In this document: one piece after another, positions 1-11,170 of the stretch | How positions within the stretch are numbered: position 1 is the first letter of the stretch | Layout of the letters: each line of letters opens with the position of its first letter | NCBI GenBank assembly: GCA_000165345.1 | Contig: CM000431.1 | Location: forward strand, 928,001-992,000 | Length of the DNA: 64,000 bases | Direction of reading: 5' to 3' | Translations under genes and position numbers: made by a program | Notes under the pieces: generated by a model | Database searches by the model: none | What the model saw: only the letters and a program-made list of their open reading frames with translations | What the model was told of the DNA's origin: nothing

Positions 1-1
1 C

Positions 2-115
2 ATGGAGGATTATGGAAATATTTTGAATGAATTAGGTTATTTTGGAAATATAGGAGAACTTCAAAATTTGGAGATGTTGGAAAATCTCCAAGGACTTGGC
101 CAAATAGCAGTTTAG
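2..115 (+). CDS. Possible 3' end of an upstream gene extending beyond the window. The open frame from position 2 reads ...MEDYGNILNELGYFGNIGELQNLEMLENLQGLGQIAV before a TAG stop.
   Basis: Open frame from the window edge to a stop at 113-115. No homology recognised, and it is too short to judge. Confidence 0.15.
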   Translation: MEDYGNILNELGYFGNIGELQNLEMLENLQGLGQIAV

Positions 116-402
116 TAAATTGATTCATAAAATGAAATAATAGTGTATTGGCGCCACATATGCATGTAATTTTTGCATTTATTCATTAAATTGTTTGCAT
201 TTTAATTTCATAAATTTTTAAAGTGATTCAAATTTTTCAAATTATTTTTTTCCTCAATATTGGGTGAGTTTATAGTTTAGAGAATATATTTTTGATTCTT
301 TTCTCTCTTTTTCCTTTCTTTCTTATATGTTTTATTCTAAATTATTATTATTATTATTATTCATTTTTTCTAATAAAAACAAATGGTTACCGCTCAACGT
401 GG

Positions 403-413
403 TTGGCGGGAAA
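403..413. promoter_or_regulatory. E2F-like site TTGGCGGGAAA upstream of the 941..2581 gene. A second GGCGCC lies at 150-155.
   Basis: It matches the E2F consensus TTTSSCGC in reverse complement, in a 5' intergenic region. Confidence 0.3.
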
Positions 414-940
414 TATGATATTTAATAATAAATATGAAAAAGCAGAGGAAAATAATGTGAGGTAAATAAAACAAACCCCACTGAAAAAGGACGGATAAAT
501 TAATATATATTTTTTTGAAAAAATTTTTATTATTGAAAGGAATATTAAATTCGCAAAGTAGAAGGAGGGAGTAAGAAAAAATATACAGAGTTGATTTTTA
601 GTGCTAAATTTGGTATTTTGAGACTACTCTGGGTTTGAAAAGAAAACTATTATAATATAAATTCAGCTTGATAATGGAATAAGTATTATTAATATATATA
701 TATGTATATATGTATTTTCCCCTTCTTCTTTTTATCTTATTTAAATAGTAATATTCTTGAACAAGTTTAATTTCTGTATAAAGTTAATAATTAATATTAA
801 GAGTGGTCCTGAATAAGAGCTAATACAAGATATTTTTGATTTTACATCGCAATAATTAGATTTAAAAAAAAGCTTCATTTTAATAAAAAAAATAAAAATA
901 AAATAAATTACAATATTTATATTTTAATGAAAAATTTAAT

Positions 941-2581
941 ATGAGTACTTTTTTAAGAGGTCAATCTCAGATTATGGGAATCAAACCATTATTCCCGGTA
1001 AAACCGTTACTATCAATTTCTTCACCAGATTTTGAGCAAATTTGGAAAGAGGTGAAATGGGATACAAAAAGAGTAAATAGCACATTAGATTTGTTTTCAA
1101 GATTTTGCAAGGATGATTTAGATATTTTACCATATGACTCTACTTCCAATGATATTAATTCAAATAGCGGAGGAGGAATAAACCATTCACAGTTAATGTC
1201 AAACCATAGACTAATGGCATTGTTAAAGTCAATAGCTATAGTTGGTACAGATAGTGATGATTTTAATAACATGGACTTTTTCACAAGAAATGACTTATGC
1301 GTAATAATGACAGGAATTCCTTATATTGACAAAAAGAACTTTCTAAGGTTAATGTGTCTTTTAGACAGATCTACTCCTCACACAACGACTTCACCAGCTG
1401 GAATTTCAAGATTAAAGTTGGTTTTTTCTTATTATGATTGGGGTTGGAAAGGGTATCTGGATGAGTTTGATTGGAAGAGATTAAGAAGTGATATTTTGAA
1501 TTTGACTTATTATGGAAAGTTATACGATACAAATAATAATAGCCATGATTTAAAATCTAGATTAAATGGAACAAACAAAAAAGGAGGTCCAATGCCAGAA
1601 ACTTTAGAGGAAGGACTTAAACAACTTAGTCAAGAAATATCTATTAGATCCTTAAAAAGTACCAATAGTGGATCAAAACTTTTAAAGAATGATAGTATAC
1701 ATATTTCTATTAATGCTAGTAGTACTAGTAATATGAATAGTAATGGTGGCCATTCAGAATATAGCTATTTTGATAATAATCATAATTTTACTGCATCAGT
1801 TCCTTATTCAGTTCAAAACAATGATTTAATCATTGATTTTCCACTTTTTATTAAATTGGTTGAATATAGAATAATTAAAGGAACGTCACAAATCTTACGT
1901 ATTGAACTTCCTGGTAGAGATCAAGAAGAATTTATTGCTAGAAGCATCTTAATAAATGGTGGGAGTATTTTCTTAGATAATTATAAGAATGATAATGCTC
2001 ATTATTCCCCTGATAAGTCTAGTAAAGCTTCTATATATAATCCAATTTCATCTTCAGCACAAAATATTAAATCTGAAATGAACTCACCATCAAAAATTAA
2101 CAATGTTGAGAATGAAGAATTAGATAATATTGAGAAGAAAAAACAAATCATTACTGAACAAATCCAAGAACTAGATAATGAATTAAATAGTCTCAAGATT
2201 TCCATAAAGAATTCACATCTTCCATCAAACTCCCTAGGTATTGATATTTCAAATTTGAATGGAGATACCACTTCAAAGAGTGCAATGGAATCCATTTTTG
2301 GGCCTCCCCCTGAAGATCTACATGGAATTTTCTGTGATCAGCCCAATGATCAACAAGATTTGGCATTTTCCTCTATTGTAGTTCCTTCTTCTTCCACACC
2401 AATTAGGAAGTCAAGATCAATAAGATCAAATGCAATCCCCATAACTCCTATTACAAAAAATGATTCAATCTCGGAACACGCCCACGACTCTAATTCTTTC
2501 ATTGCTGAAAGAAGTAGCACAAATGACTTTCCAAATAATGTTAATAATACAGAACTTGCGGGCCCGCCTATTTTACTTTAG
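941..2581 (+). CDS. Hypothetical protein of 546 aa with N/S-rich low-complexity stretches.
   Basis: Long ORF in an AT-rich genome where stop codons are frequent. Codon usage resembles neighbouring genes. No recognisable domain. Confidence 0.45.
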   Translation: MSTFLRGQSQIMGIKPLFPVKPLLSISSPDFEQIWKEVKWDTKRVNSTLDLFSRFCKDDLDILPYDSTSNDINSNSGGGINHSQLMSNHRLMALLKSIAIVGTDSDDFNNMDFFTRNDLCVIMTGIPYIDKKNFLRLMCLLDRSTPHTTTSPAGISRLKLVFSYYDWGWKGYLDEFDWKRLRSDILNLTYYGKLYDTNNNSHDLKSRLNGTNKKGGPMPETLEEGLKQLSQEISIRSLKSTNSGSKLLKNDSIHISINASSTSNMNSNGGHSEYSYFDNNHNFTASVPYSVQNNDLIIDFPLFIKLVEYRIIKGTSQILRIELPGRDQEEFIARSILINGGSIFLDNYKNDNAHYSPDKSSKASIYNPISSSAQNIKSEMNSPSKINNVENEELDNIEKKKQIITEQIQELDNELNSLKISIKNSHLPSNSLGIDISNLNGDTTSKSAMESIFGPPPEDLHGIFCDQPNDQQDLAFSSIVVPSSSTPIRKSRSIRSNAIPITPITKNDSISEHAHDSNSFIAERSSTNDFPNNVNNTELAGPPILL

Positions 2582-3081
2582 CATAATATTTAATTTTGCT
2601 TGTATACAAAATATATTTGAAGATAATGATAAATTAATAGAAATATAAACCCTAAATTGAACTAGAATAATAATTATTTTAGGTTATGCCGTTATTTAAG
2701 TTAACTTTTTTTGTATTTATTTATTAATAAATGAGTGTCAGTAAATATATTTGAAACCAACTCATATACAGCAATACTTTTGTTTCTTTGTTTATTGCAT
2801 GCAAAGTAAAAATAATTGTGGGAGCTTTGCCGCGCATTTAATTAAAATATTAGTAATAATAGTTGATTCATTCAATAACATTGTAATATATTGGATGAAT
2901 TTGTAGTTATATTGAAGATTAAATTTGAATTGAGTTCATATGATTGTTTTCCAATATATCTAAGCTGATTAAGGTTGCGTATATTTATATATACATATTT
3001 ATGCAAATTGAGTTTGTAATCTTGTGCAATAATATAATACTTTGAAAAAAAATTACCATTACTATATGGCAAATTGATTTC

Positions 3082-3638
3082 TTGAGAAAAACTACTATGA
3101 ATGAAAGTATTGGAGAATTAACAACAATTCCGATCATATATTCGAAACAACACAAAGAAAGACTAGTTCTACTTGAATTCCAGGGATCTTTAAGTATATC
3201 TAAATTGAATACAGAAACTGGGGAAATGATTAATTCTGAAAACAATGACGATTTTAATGACACAGTTATTGGTCAATTGATTAACTTTGATAAAATCTCT
3301 CAAAGTTTAAATAATCCTGAAATTGTCAATCCATTAGAATCTGCAATTCAATATTCTAAAAACAACCCAATAGAACTTAAGGTGGGATACCACAAACTTA
3401 TTGGCAAAGTAAGTTAAATTTTTCTTTTCATTAATAAAAATACTCATAATTTATTACCTCTAATTTTTCTACTACCAATAATATTAAAATATCATTCTAG
3501 TTAGTGAAACTAGAAAAACCTTTAGCCGTCATTCAAAATTCCTCAGAAACACAAGAAAAAGATAAAAGTCACTTAAATATATATGATATTATTCATTTTA
3601 AACTAGTTTTTGAATCTAGACCTTTATTTTCTTCTTAA
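3082..3638 (+). CDS. CTF8: Ctf8-like protein (chromosome transmission fidelity 8, a subunit of the alternative RFC-Ctf18 complex). Two exons: join(3082..3408, 3501..3638).
   Basis: The ORF 3082..3417 ends just after a GTAAGT donor at 3409. A T-rich intron and an AG at 3499-3500 follow. Exon 2 continues in frame as LVKLEKPLAVIQ...FKLVFESRPLFSS to a TAA at 3636-3638. The spliced protein has LLEFQGSL, then YHKLIGK|LVKLEKPLAV, then LVFESRP. Human CHTF8 has the matching LMELQGEI, HHILYGKIIHLEKPFAV and LFKTRPKP (established family knowledge). The human sequence is quoted from memory. Confidence 0.5.
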
Positions 3639-4019
3639 TTATATACAATTTGGACAATATATTGAGTTATTGTATGTGTTATTGCCATAATTATAATTGC
3701 CACATAAATTACATATAACGAGTTCGCAATTACTGCATTCTGATAATTTGCAATTAGCGTTATCGCAAGTACTTCTATCGCAATACCCACATTTTACTTT
3801 TTCGATATTCAAATTACTCTTATTCAGAGATCTTCTATTACATAGAGAACAATATTCTTTGATTATTTGGTTCAAATTCTTTTGGCTTTGAGTTAAACAC
3901 CATACTGTATGCTTTTGTTTATTATCTTTATCAATAACTCTCTCTGATTTTTTAATTGTATTAAAGTTTGTTTCATTTTCGTAATCATAATTTCTTTCTC
4001 TTTTCATTTTTTTCCCCAC
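3639..4019 (-). CDS. Small cysteine-rich protein of 126 aa with a putative zinc-binding C-terminus.
   Basis: Minus-strand ORF. The C-terminal 50 aa carry about 12 Cys in CxxC/CxC spacing (CGYCDRSTCDNANCKLSECSNCELVICNLCG...YCPNCI). It lies tail-to-tail with the Ctf8-like gene. Confidence 0.35.
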   Translation of the reverse strand: MGKKMKRERNYDYENETNFNTIKKSERVIDKDNKQKHTVWCLTQSQKNLNQIIKEYCSLCNRRSLNKSNLNIEKVKCGYCDRSTCDNANCKLSECSNCELVICNLCGNYNYGNNTYNNSIYCPNCI

Positions 4020-4644
4020 TTTCTTACTTAATTATTGAATCTCCAATTCGAAATCCAAATAGATTCTTCCTCATGCTATGGGTGAATTAATTCAAAAAAA
4101 TAAAATAAAATAATCCAATTGATGAAAACTCTAATTTAACTTAATGAATGAAAGATATTACTCACTGTAGATAAGATAATTGAAAGTGGAACAAGTAACC
4201 CAACTTTCTCTATCTTACTCAATTCACAATATCCGAAGTAATTAATCGTTAAAATAATTTCTTTTTAAACCGATTTATTATTATTACTTTTATTTATTTT
4301 TTTTTTTATATTTTTTAAATTACGTAATTATTTATTAATTTCAGAACATGTGGGGAAATGTGCAAGAAAAGACACGTAAGTGCATGAATTTCGGTGCATG
4401 CAATATAAATTAGCAATCAAATTACAAAAAAATCATATTTGTCCGGTACTCTAATAAATCTATATAATTAATTTGAGTAAAACTTATATTAAACATCTTT
4501 TTGAGAATGAATACATCAATTTATATTGAGCATTTTTGGTAGAAAATTAATTTTAATAATTAGTTCAAGATAACTACAAAGAAATTATTAAATTTGTGAG
4601 TAAACTGGATGAAATTAAGACTATTTACTTTAATAACTTATTAA

Positions 4645-7600
4645 TTGGGAATATTTAAGCTGGAAATTAACTTTTTAATAACATTTAATAAAATGAATTC
4701 TCTTGATTTACAAGTTAATGGAATGACATGTACGTCATGTGCTACTACAATAAAAAACTTATTATTACATTACAAATTTGTAAAAGATGTTGAAATAAAT
4801 ATCATTTTAAATAGTGTACGTGTAATATTGAATAAGAAAATCACACTTGATGAAAGAAAAAAGATTTGTGACACAATTAACAATGCAGGATTTATTTGTT
4901 TATTAAAGTCAAGTACAATAATGAATGACATGTTAACTTTAAGTATTGATGACCTTAAGTTAGAAGAAAGAAGTTTAGAAAGTGAAATAATTTATGGAAG
5001 TTCAAAAGATATAGCTGAACAAATTTTGAACAGTAAAGGAATAAAGTTTTTAAAATTACATCAAATACCAACAGAAGAGATGAAATTAATAGTAAAAGCA
5101 TTAGAAAATAAAGCTGGAATTATTACTATAATAAGTTATTTGAAGTGGGGACAATTATGCATTTTATTTGATGAAAATCAGATTACTATAACGCAGATAC
5201 AAGAAATTCTAGAGAAATCTGATATTTGGATGCTAAGTTATATGAAATTCTATTGTTTATTTGGTAAGGAAAAGCTTTCATGTGTAAACAATCTTAAAAT
5301 TAAATGTATTTTCCGTTTAAATTCTGATAGAGAAGGTATTAGCATAATACAAAAGATATATAATTGTTTAAGACGAAGAAATGCAAATATTGAGTTCAAT
5401 AAAGATTTTACAGCAAGTATTGGTTGTATTGTAAGTGGAATCTTTGGGATTTACAATGTATCCGTTGAAAGAATGAATGAAAATAATTTGGAGAGAAATC
5501 TTGTTCTAATGATTTGCATTGATTATAATCCTTACTTTATTTCTGGGAGGAATCTATTAAAATATATGAATGATGAAGTTTTAAAAAACTACGTTAATGA
5601 ACCAATTCTAGATGAACAAATTAATGAAAATAAATTGAGAAAGCAATACTCACATAGGTTAGTGAATTCAATGCAAATTATTACAAAGTGTAATTTGGAT
5701 GAAAGTGTTAATTACTCAAGCCTGCAAAAAATTAAAGATAAGGAGTCTCGATATTATGTTATTTGTTTTACAATTTCTTTAATTTTAACTATTATGGTAC
5801 TATTATATAATTTCTTGGGTGATAAACCCTTTATGTCCAAGTTTACAAGAATTATCTCTTTTAATACAATCAAATCTTTGCAAGATCAAACAGGATTATC
5901 TGGTATTAGTTGGAAATATTTGATAAATTTAATATTAGTCACAGTAGTGGTATATTTATGTGGATATACATTTCATAAGAAAGGAATCAAAAGTATGCTA
6001 TATTTGAATCCAAATATGTATAGCTTAATTTCACTTGGAACAAATACATGCTATTTGTATTCACTTTATATGATGATTTATATAGCAATAATATCTTCAA
6101 AAGGTCCTGAAAATACAAAAATATATTCAGATAAGTTACCCAATTTTTTTGATATTGCTTGTATGCTTATCACAATAAGCTTATTTGGAAGAATTTTGGA
6201 TGTACATTCAAATCTACTGATATTAAGAATTATTAATAATAATAGTAATAAAAATGAAGTTGGTGAAAATGGAGATTCCATGAGGTATAATATAAAAGAT
6301 AATTTTCAATTACTTGGTGAAACTAAATTTGAATCACTTGAAAAAGTTTATTATCATTTTTCAAACTCTGAGAATTGTCAGGTATTACCTTTAGCATCTC
6401 CAAAAGATTTAAAGAAAAATAAGGAATTCCGATCAAAATATAAAAATACAGAAATTGGACAAAAAATGAATACTATGAGCATAGACTCAATTTGTTTGGA
6501 TGATATTTCACCTCAATCTATGGAAATGAAGGAACAGAGCTCAATTATTAATAATATAGTAAATGTTGATTTAATAGATTTGGGGGATGTTATTATTTTA
6601 AAAAAGGATGAAATTGTACCATATGATGGAATTGTTATTTCTAATGATATCGCAGTTTTGGATGAATCAATGATTACTGGTGAAAGCAGAATCATTGAAA
6701 AATTATATGGAAATTTTATATCCAGTGGAAGTAGAGTATTATCTGATAATGTATTCATATTTGTTACTGAAGTAGGAACTGAAAGTACTCTTGGAAAGAT
6801 TCAAAAGTTAAAAATAAAAGCAAGAGAGAGTCAAATAGAGTTACCTGGAATTATTGATATATTTTCCAGATATTTTGTACCTTCAATCATATTATTATCT
6901 TTATTGGCTTTTGTTGTTTGGTTCTTATTAGCTTATTATGACAAAGTGGATCCAGCTAGAATGTTTAATATTGACAGAATAAACTTTAATACAGAATTTG
7001 ATAATATATTTAAAGAATTTCCAATTTCATCCAGAGTTATGTTTGCACTGCATTTCTCACTTTCAATATTGGCAATATCTTGCCCATGTGTTATTGGTAT
7101 TACAGTTCCTATTGCTGTACTTATTTCAACTTCTTTAACTTCAAAAAAGAATATATTGGTACAAAACACAAATATTTTCAATAATATAGGATTTATTGAT
7201 AATATAGTTTTTGATAAAACTGGTACTTTGACAAATGGAAGACCAACTGTCAAATCTATTATTATTGATCATGAACATATTCAAGAAATAATAAGTACTA
7301 CATTTAATAATGGTTACAGTTCAAAATGGGAAAAGTCGACTGATATAGATTTTTCTAATTCTTCTATTGAAACATTTTATATTAATAAGAATTCTAATAT
7401 TCAAGAAAAAAATATTGTTTTTGAAGAATTATTCGAATCTTATTTAAAGTTTTGGTGGATTATTGGATCTTGTGAATATTATAATAATCATCCAGCTGGA
7501 AATGTATTAAGATCTTTCTCAATTCGTCTATTTAATAATAAAGAACAATATAAGTTTACTCAACCTATTGATTGTAAATATATTCCAGGAGTAGGAATGA

Positions 7601-8797
7601 CTTGTATTATTAATAGCATGAAAGTTTTAATTACAAATCAATATAAGCATCTTGATCAAGATTTCAGTTTAGTTTCAGTCAATTCTAAAGATTATAATCA
7701 TTATCTAAAGAGTCCATCTAATACTTTAGAAATTTCTTTAGATAGTCCTGAAAATAAGAGTACAGAATATTCATCATTATATTTGCAGAATTGGCTTAAA
7801 TATTGGTCTAAAAAAGGATCAATGATTATTTACATTTTTATTGGTGATATAAATAACTTCAGTGATAATGAACATGGATTAATTAATGCCAAAAATATGA
7901 AATTAGTTGGTGCAGTTTCTATGATTGATGAACCAATGTTTGGAGTAGAGTCTACAATTAATTATATGAAAAAATATGTAACAGATCAAATATGGTTGTG
8001 CTCTGGTGATTCTTTTTATACATCAAATTCAATTGCGTCAATGGTAAGTTTATTAAAAGAAAAATTCAATAATTTTTGAATAACTTAATATATTTTTAAT
8101 TAAAGGTTGGAATAGATTATGATAAAATTATGAGTAATTCAACTCCTAATGATAAGCTTCATCTTATTCAAGATCTTCAATTAAATAAGGAATTAGATAA
8201 GATATCTAATATTGACTTAAATGAAGAAAAAACAGATAAAGAGTTCTTCAAATCTTTTGATTTAGAATTTCCTGAAAAGAATGAAGAAAATATAAAGAAA
8301 AAACAAAAAAAATCCAAAAAAAATCTAAAAAAAGTAATGATGATTGGAGATGGAATAAATGATTCAGCTTCAATAGAAGCTGCTGACATTGGAATATTAT
8401 TAGGAAAAGGCGGGATAAATAATTTTACGCATGCAGATGTAATAATATTGTCAAATTATCAAAATAATATTAAATTCTTATTTAAGCTTGGAAGGTAAGT
8501 TAAAAAGAGTAAATTAGGAAATTTTGAAGATGAGATTTTTGAGTTGTTTTTTTCCTTCTGATTTACTTAATAATTTATTGATTTAATAACTTTATTATTA
8601 TTATTATTAGAGAAGCACATAAAGTAATTAATAGAAATTTAATATGGGCATATATATTCAATGTTTTGACTATTCCAATGGCGGCGGGAATTTTTTATCC
8701 CAATATAATTATTTCTCCCGTTGTTGCAGCATTTTTAATGCTATTAAGTTCAACAATTATTGTATTTTCAAGTTTAATTTTGTATAAATTTAGATAA
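4645..8797 (+). CDS. Heavy-metal (copper-type, P1B) P-type ATPase with three exons: join(4645..8043, 8106..8494, 8611..8797). The real start may be the internal Met at about 4693 (MNSLDLQVNGMTCTSC...).
   Basis: Exon 1 has an N-terminal HMA metal-binding motif GMTCTSCA. It also has the transmembrane CPC motif (SCPCVIGITVPIAV) and the phosphorylation motif DKTGTLT. The exon-1 ORF ends at a GTAAGT donor at 8044 and the acceptor AG is at 8104-8105. Exon 2 encodes the linker to the hinge and then MMIGDGINDSASIEAADIGI, the GDGxND hinge motif. A second GTAAGT follows at 8495 with an acceptor AG at 8609-8610. Exon 3 encodes the last transmembrane helices (NLIWAYIFNVLTIPMAAGIFYP...), ending with TAA at 8795-8797. 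The reading frame is continuous across both splices. Confidence 0.85.
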
Positions 8798-9359
8798 ATA
8801 AAGATAGAATTTTAAGAAGATAATAAAAATAATTTTTGAATAAAAGAGAGAAAAATAAATGAAATATGAATAATGTAAAATACTGCATGCATTATTGAAT
8901 GATTATATATATTTATAAAAAGATTATGTGGGTGCAAATTTCAAAAAAAAAGTTCAAATAAGAAAATTTAAAAGTTAGAGAGTCAGATAATAAAATAAAA
9001 TTAAAATGAATTATCTTTTTCTCTCTTTCTTATTTCATTAAGTTAAACATTATAGAATATTATAAAAGCTATCACTTATAAATGAGAAAATGGAGTTGAT
9101 TAAACAAATTTAAGAAGAAAAGTAAAAATAAATAAAATAACTAGTAATGTAAATGAAATATTTACTTAAATTGTGAATTTATATTATGACTATTAAATCT
9201 AGATATACTATTAAAAAAAAAAAAAAGTTTAGTGAGATTGTTGATCAGTATTTAGATATGTAGGAGGTACCTAATCTATATAGAAGATTATGAACCTATA
9301 ATATTACTTAAAAAACATAGGGAAAAGTGTGATTAATAAGTAAATAGACAATTGTTCTG

Positions 9360-9803
9360 TTAATCATTATTATTATTATCAGGCTTTTTCTTTGGGGCGG
9401 GCTTTGGTAAATTGACTCCCAAACATCTGGACATCTTTTGAACCAATATAGGGTTTGGAATAGCCTTTCCAGATTCATAATCATTAACAACACTAGCTTT
9501 TTCGTTAATCATTTGTGCAAGTTGAGCCTGAGTGAGCTTTTTTGCAACTCTAGCTTGTTGTAAAGCTCTAGAAAATTCCCCAGAAACTCTGAAGATACGA
9601 TAGTCACCAGTATCTTCGTCTAATTTGGCAGCATTTTGAGGGATATTTTGTTTAGTTGATGCATTTCTACCTCCAAGAAATTTTTTCTCGGTAATGATTT
9701 CTTCACCTTTTCTTCTTGCTTGATTAAGATCTTGTTCTTTTGATATTCCTTTTGGTCTAGAACCACCTTTTTTCCATACCACTTGATTCCAATCCTGACT
9801 CAT
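9360..9803 (-). CDS. MBF1: Multiprotein bridging factor 1 (MBF1/EDF1), a transcriptional coactivator with a helix-turn-helix domain.
   Basis: 147-aa protein with a conserved MBF1 N-domain and a C-terminal XRE-type HTH (LTQAQLAQMINEKASVVNDYESGKAIPNPILVQKMSRCLGVNL). Confidence 0.85.
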   Translation of the reverse strand: MSQDWNQVVWKKGGSRPKGISKEQDLNQARRKGEEIITEKKFLGGRNASTKQNIPQNAAKLDEDTGDYRIFRVSGEFSRALQQARVAKKLTQAQLAQMINEKASVVNDYESGKAIPNPILVQKMSRCLGVNLPKPAPKKKPDNNNND

Positions 9804-9886
9804 TTTTGAAATATGATTCAGTAGAGTAATTTTTTGTTAAACGTAATATAAATATTATTAATGAAATGAATTGTTCGTCAGTTAAA

Positions 9887-9960
9887 AATTCCCGCTAAAG
9901 GCGGGAAATGTCAATTAGACAATGTATTGTGGCTTAATGTGTGTGAGGGGCGGCGCCAAT
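9887..9960. promoter_or_regulatory. Divergent promoter region between MBF1 (minus) and the EF-hand gene (plus). It holds a palindromic E2F-like pair AATTCCCGCTAAAGGCGGGAAATG at 9887-9910 and GGGGCGGCGCCAAT at 9947-9960.
   Basis: Inverted TTCCCGC/GCGGGAA half-sites sit 5 nt apart. A GGCGCCAAT element follows. Both are GC islands in an AT-rich spacer. Confidence 0.35.
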
Positions 9961-10205
9961 CTGAAAAATTAATGCATTTACAAGTTAAATCAGTAAATTT
10001 AATTCTATTGTTAGAAAGGTTTGAGACTGAGATAGGAAAAAGGAGCGAGATAGTAGTAAAGTTTATAATTTAGAAATTATATATATTTGATCGATTATCC
10101 ACTAATACAAATAAGAAGAAATTTAAGGCTCAACTTTTCTATTCATAATTACAACTTCAAAAAGTTTGTTTGTGGTTTATAATTGAATAATAGTAATAAA
10201 ATAAT

Positions 10206-10991
10206 ATGTCATTAAATAAACAGAGTTTGAGGTTAAATGAGGCACAGCTAATAGCAGTAAGAGAGACTTTTGATTTAGCAGATGATGATTCAGATGGAAA
10301 GATTAACTTTGATCAGGTAAGTTATTTTTTTTGAAATCGTTGAATAAATATATAAAAAATATAAGATTAATAAAGTATATTACATATAATTTATAAGGAG
10401 TGAATCGATTATTCTGTTTTTTTATTTGACTAAATAATTTTACAGTAATTTTGTATGCTTTATATAAATGATTCATTTCCTAATAATAAATTATTATTAT
10501 TATTTTGAAAATATAATAAATAACTAATTAATTATTTTATTAACTCTGAAATGTTTTAGGCATGTATTCTGTTTAGAGTACTTGGGCAAACAATAACAGA
10601 CCGCGATTTAAAAACAGCATTGTTGGAAGGTTGGCCAGGACTTGATATTCAATCTGATGAAACTAAGGACAAAGGGTTTAAGAAAATAGATACAAGTTCA
10701 TTGGCTCCAATAGAATTTGATGCATTTATTAAAATTTTCAGAGCCAAATATAAGATTCCTTTTGATGAAGATACAATAATTGAAGCTTTTCAAGTTTTTG
10801 ATCCTGAAAATACAGGACTTATGCCAGCAAATTCTTTTGTAAAATTAATGACAACAACAGGAGAACCTGTTCCAGCAAATGATGTTGAAGATTTATTACT
10901 ACTTGCAAATGTTGATAAAGATGGCAAATTTGACTATACTCAATTAGCAAAGAGGCTTGTTGAAGGTCCCAAGAACGTTCGTGTTTTATAA
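10206..10991 (+). CDS. EF-hand calcium-binding protein, calmodulin or myosin-light-chain-like. Two exons: join(10206..10316, 10560..10991).
   Basis: Exon 1 reads MSLNKQSLRLNEAQLIAVRETFDLADDDSDGKINFDQ. It contains a canonical EF-hand loop (DDDSDGKINFDQ) and ends at a GTAAGT donor at 10317. The intron is 243 nt and very AT-rich. The acceptor AG at 10558-10559 joins in frame to the listed ORF 10620..10991 (ACILFRVLGQTITDRDLKTALLEGWPGL...), which has further EF-hand-like loops (DPENTG, DKDGKFDY). Confidence 0.6.
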
Positions 10992-11121
10992 TAAAAAATT
11001 CAAAAATTTTTCGAGTAAAATTTCATTTAGTAAATATAAACAAAGGAAGACATTAATTTTTTTCTTTTTTTTTAATACATGTCTATTATCTCTGCAATAA
11101 CGGTATTTCATAAATTGTTTA

Positions 11122-11170
11122 TCCACATGAGTGCATGCATGAAAATTTGCATCCACATGACGTAGTGCAT
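11122..11170. promoter_or_regulatory. Repeated TCCACATGA plus GTGCATGCATG elements about 1 kb upstream of Hsp90. TCCACATGA plus TGCATGCGTGCATGCAT recurs at 14572-14645.
   Basis: The stretch aTCCACATGAgTGCATGCATGaaaatttgcaTCCACATGAcgtaGTGCATG is visible. TGCATGCA is a motif reported as over-represented upstream of Cryptosporidium genes (established knowledge). Function is not verified here. Confidence 0.3.

Noticed and set aside
967-1284. The ORF track lists many short ORFs of 60-120 aa that overlap larger genes on the opposite strand or in another frame. Examples are 967..1284, 2002..2295, 6078..6281, 6513..6758, 6936..7253, 12191..12436, 20154..20471, 32390..32931, 42503..42832, 43499..43705 and 48186..48410.
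   Set aside because: They lie inside well-supported longer CDSs. They have hydrophobic or low-complexity translations typical of antisense AT-rich DNA. This is a compact eukaryotic genome, so overlapping genes are not expected.
8130-8498. The ORF-track entry 8130..8498 read as a separate 122-aa gene.
   Set aside because: It is exon 2 of the Cu-ATPase. It contains the GDGxND motif and is in frame with the upstream exon through a GTAAGT...AG intron.
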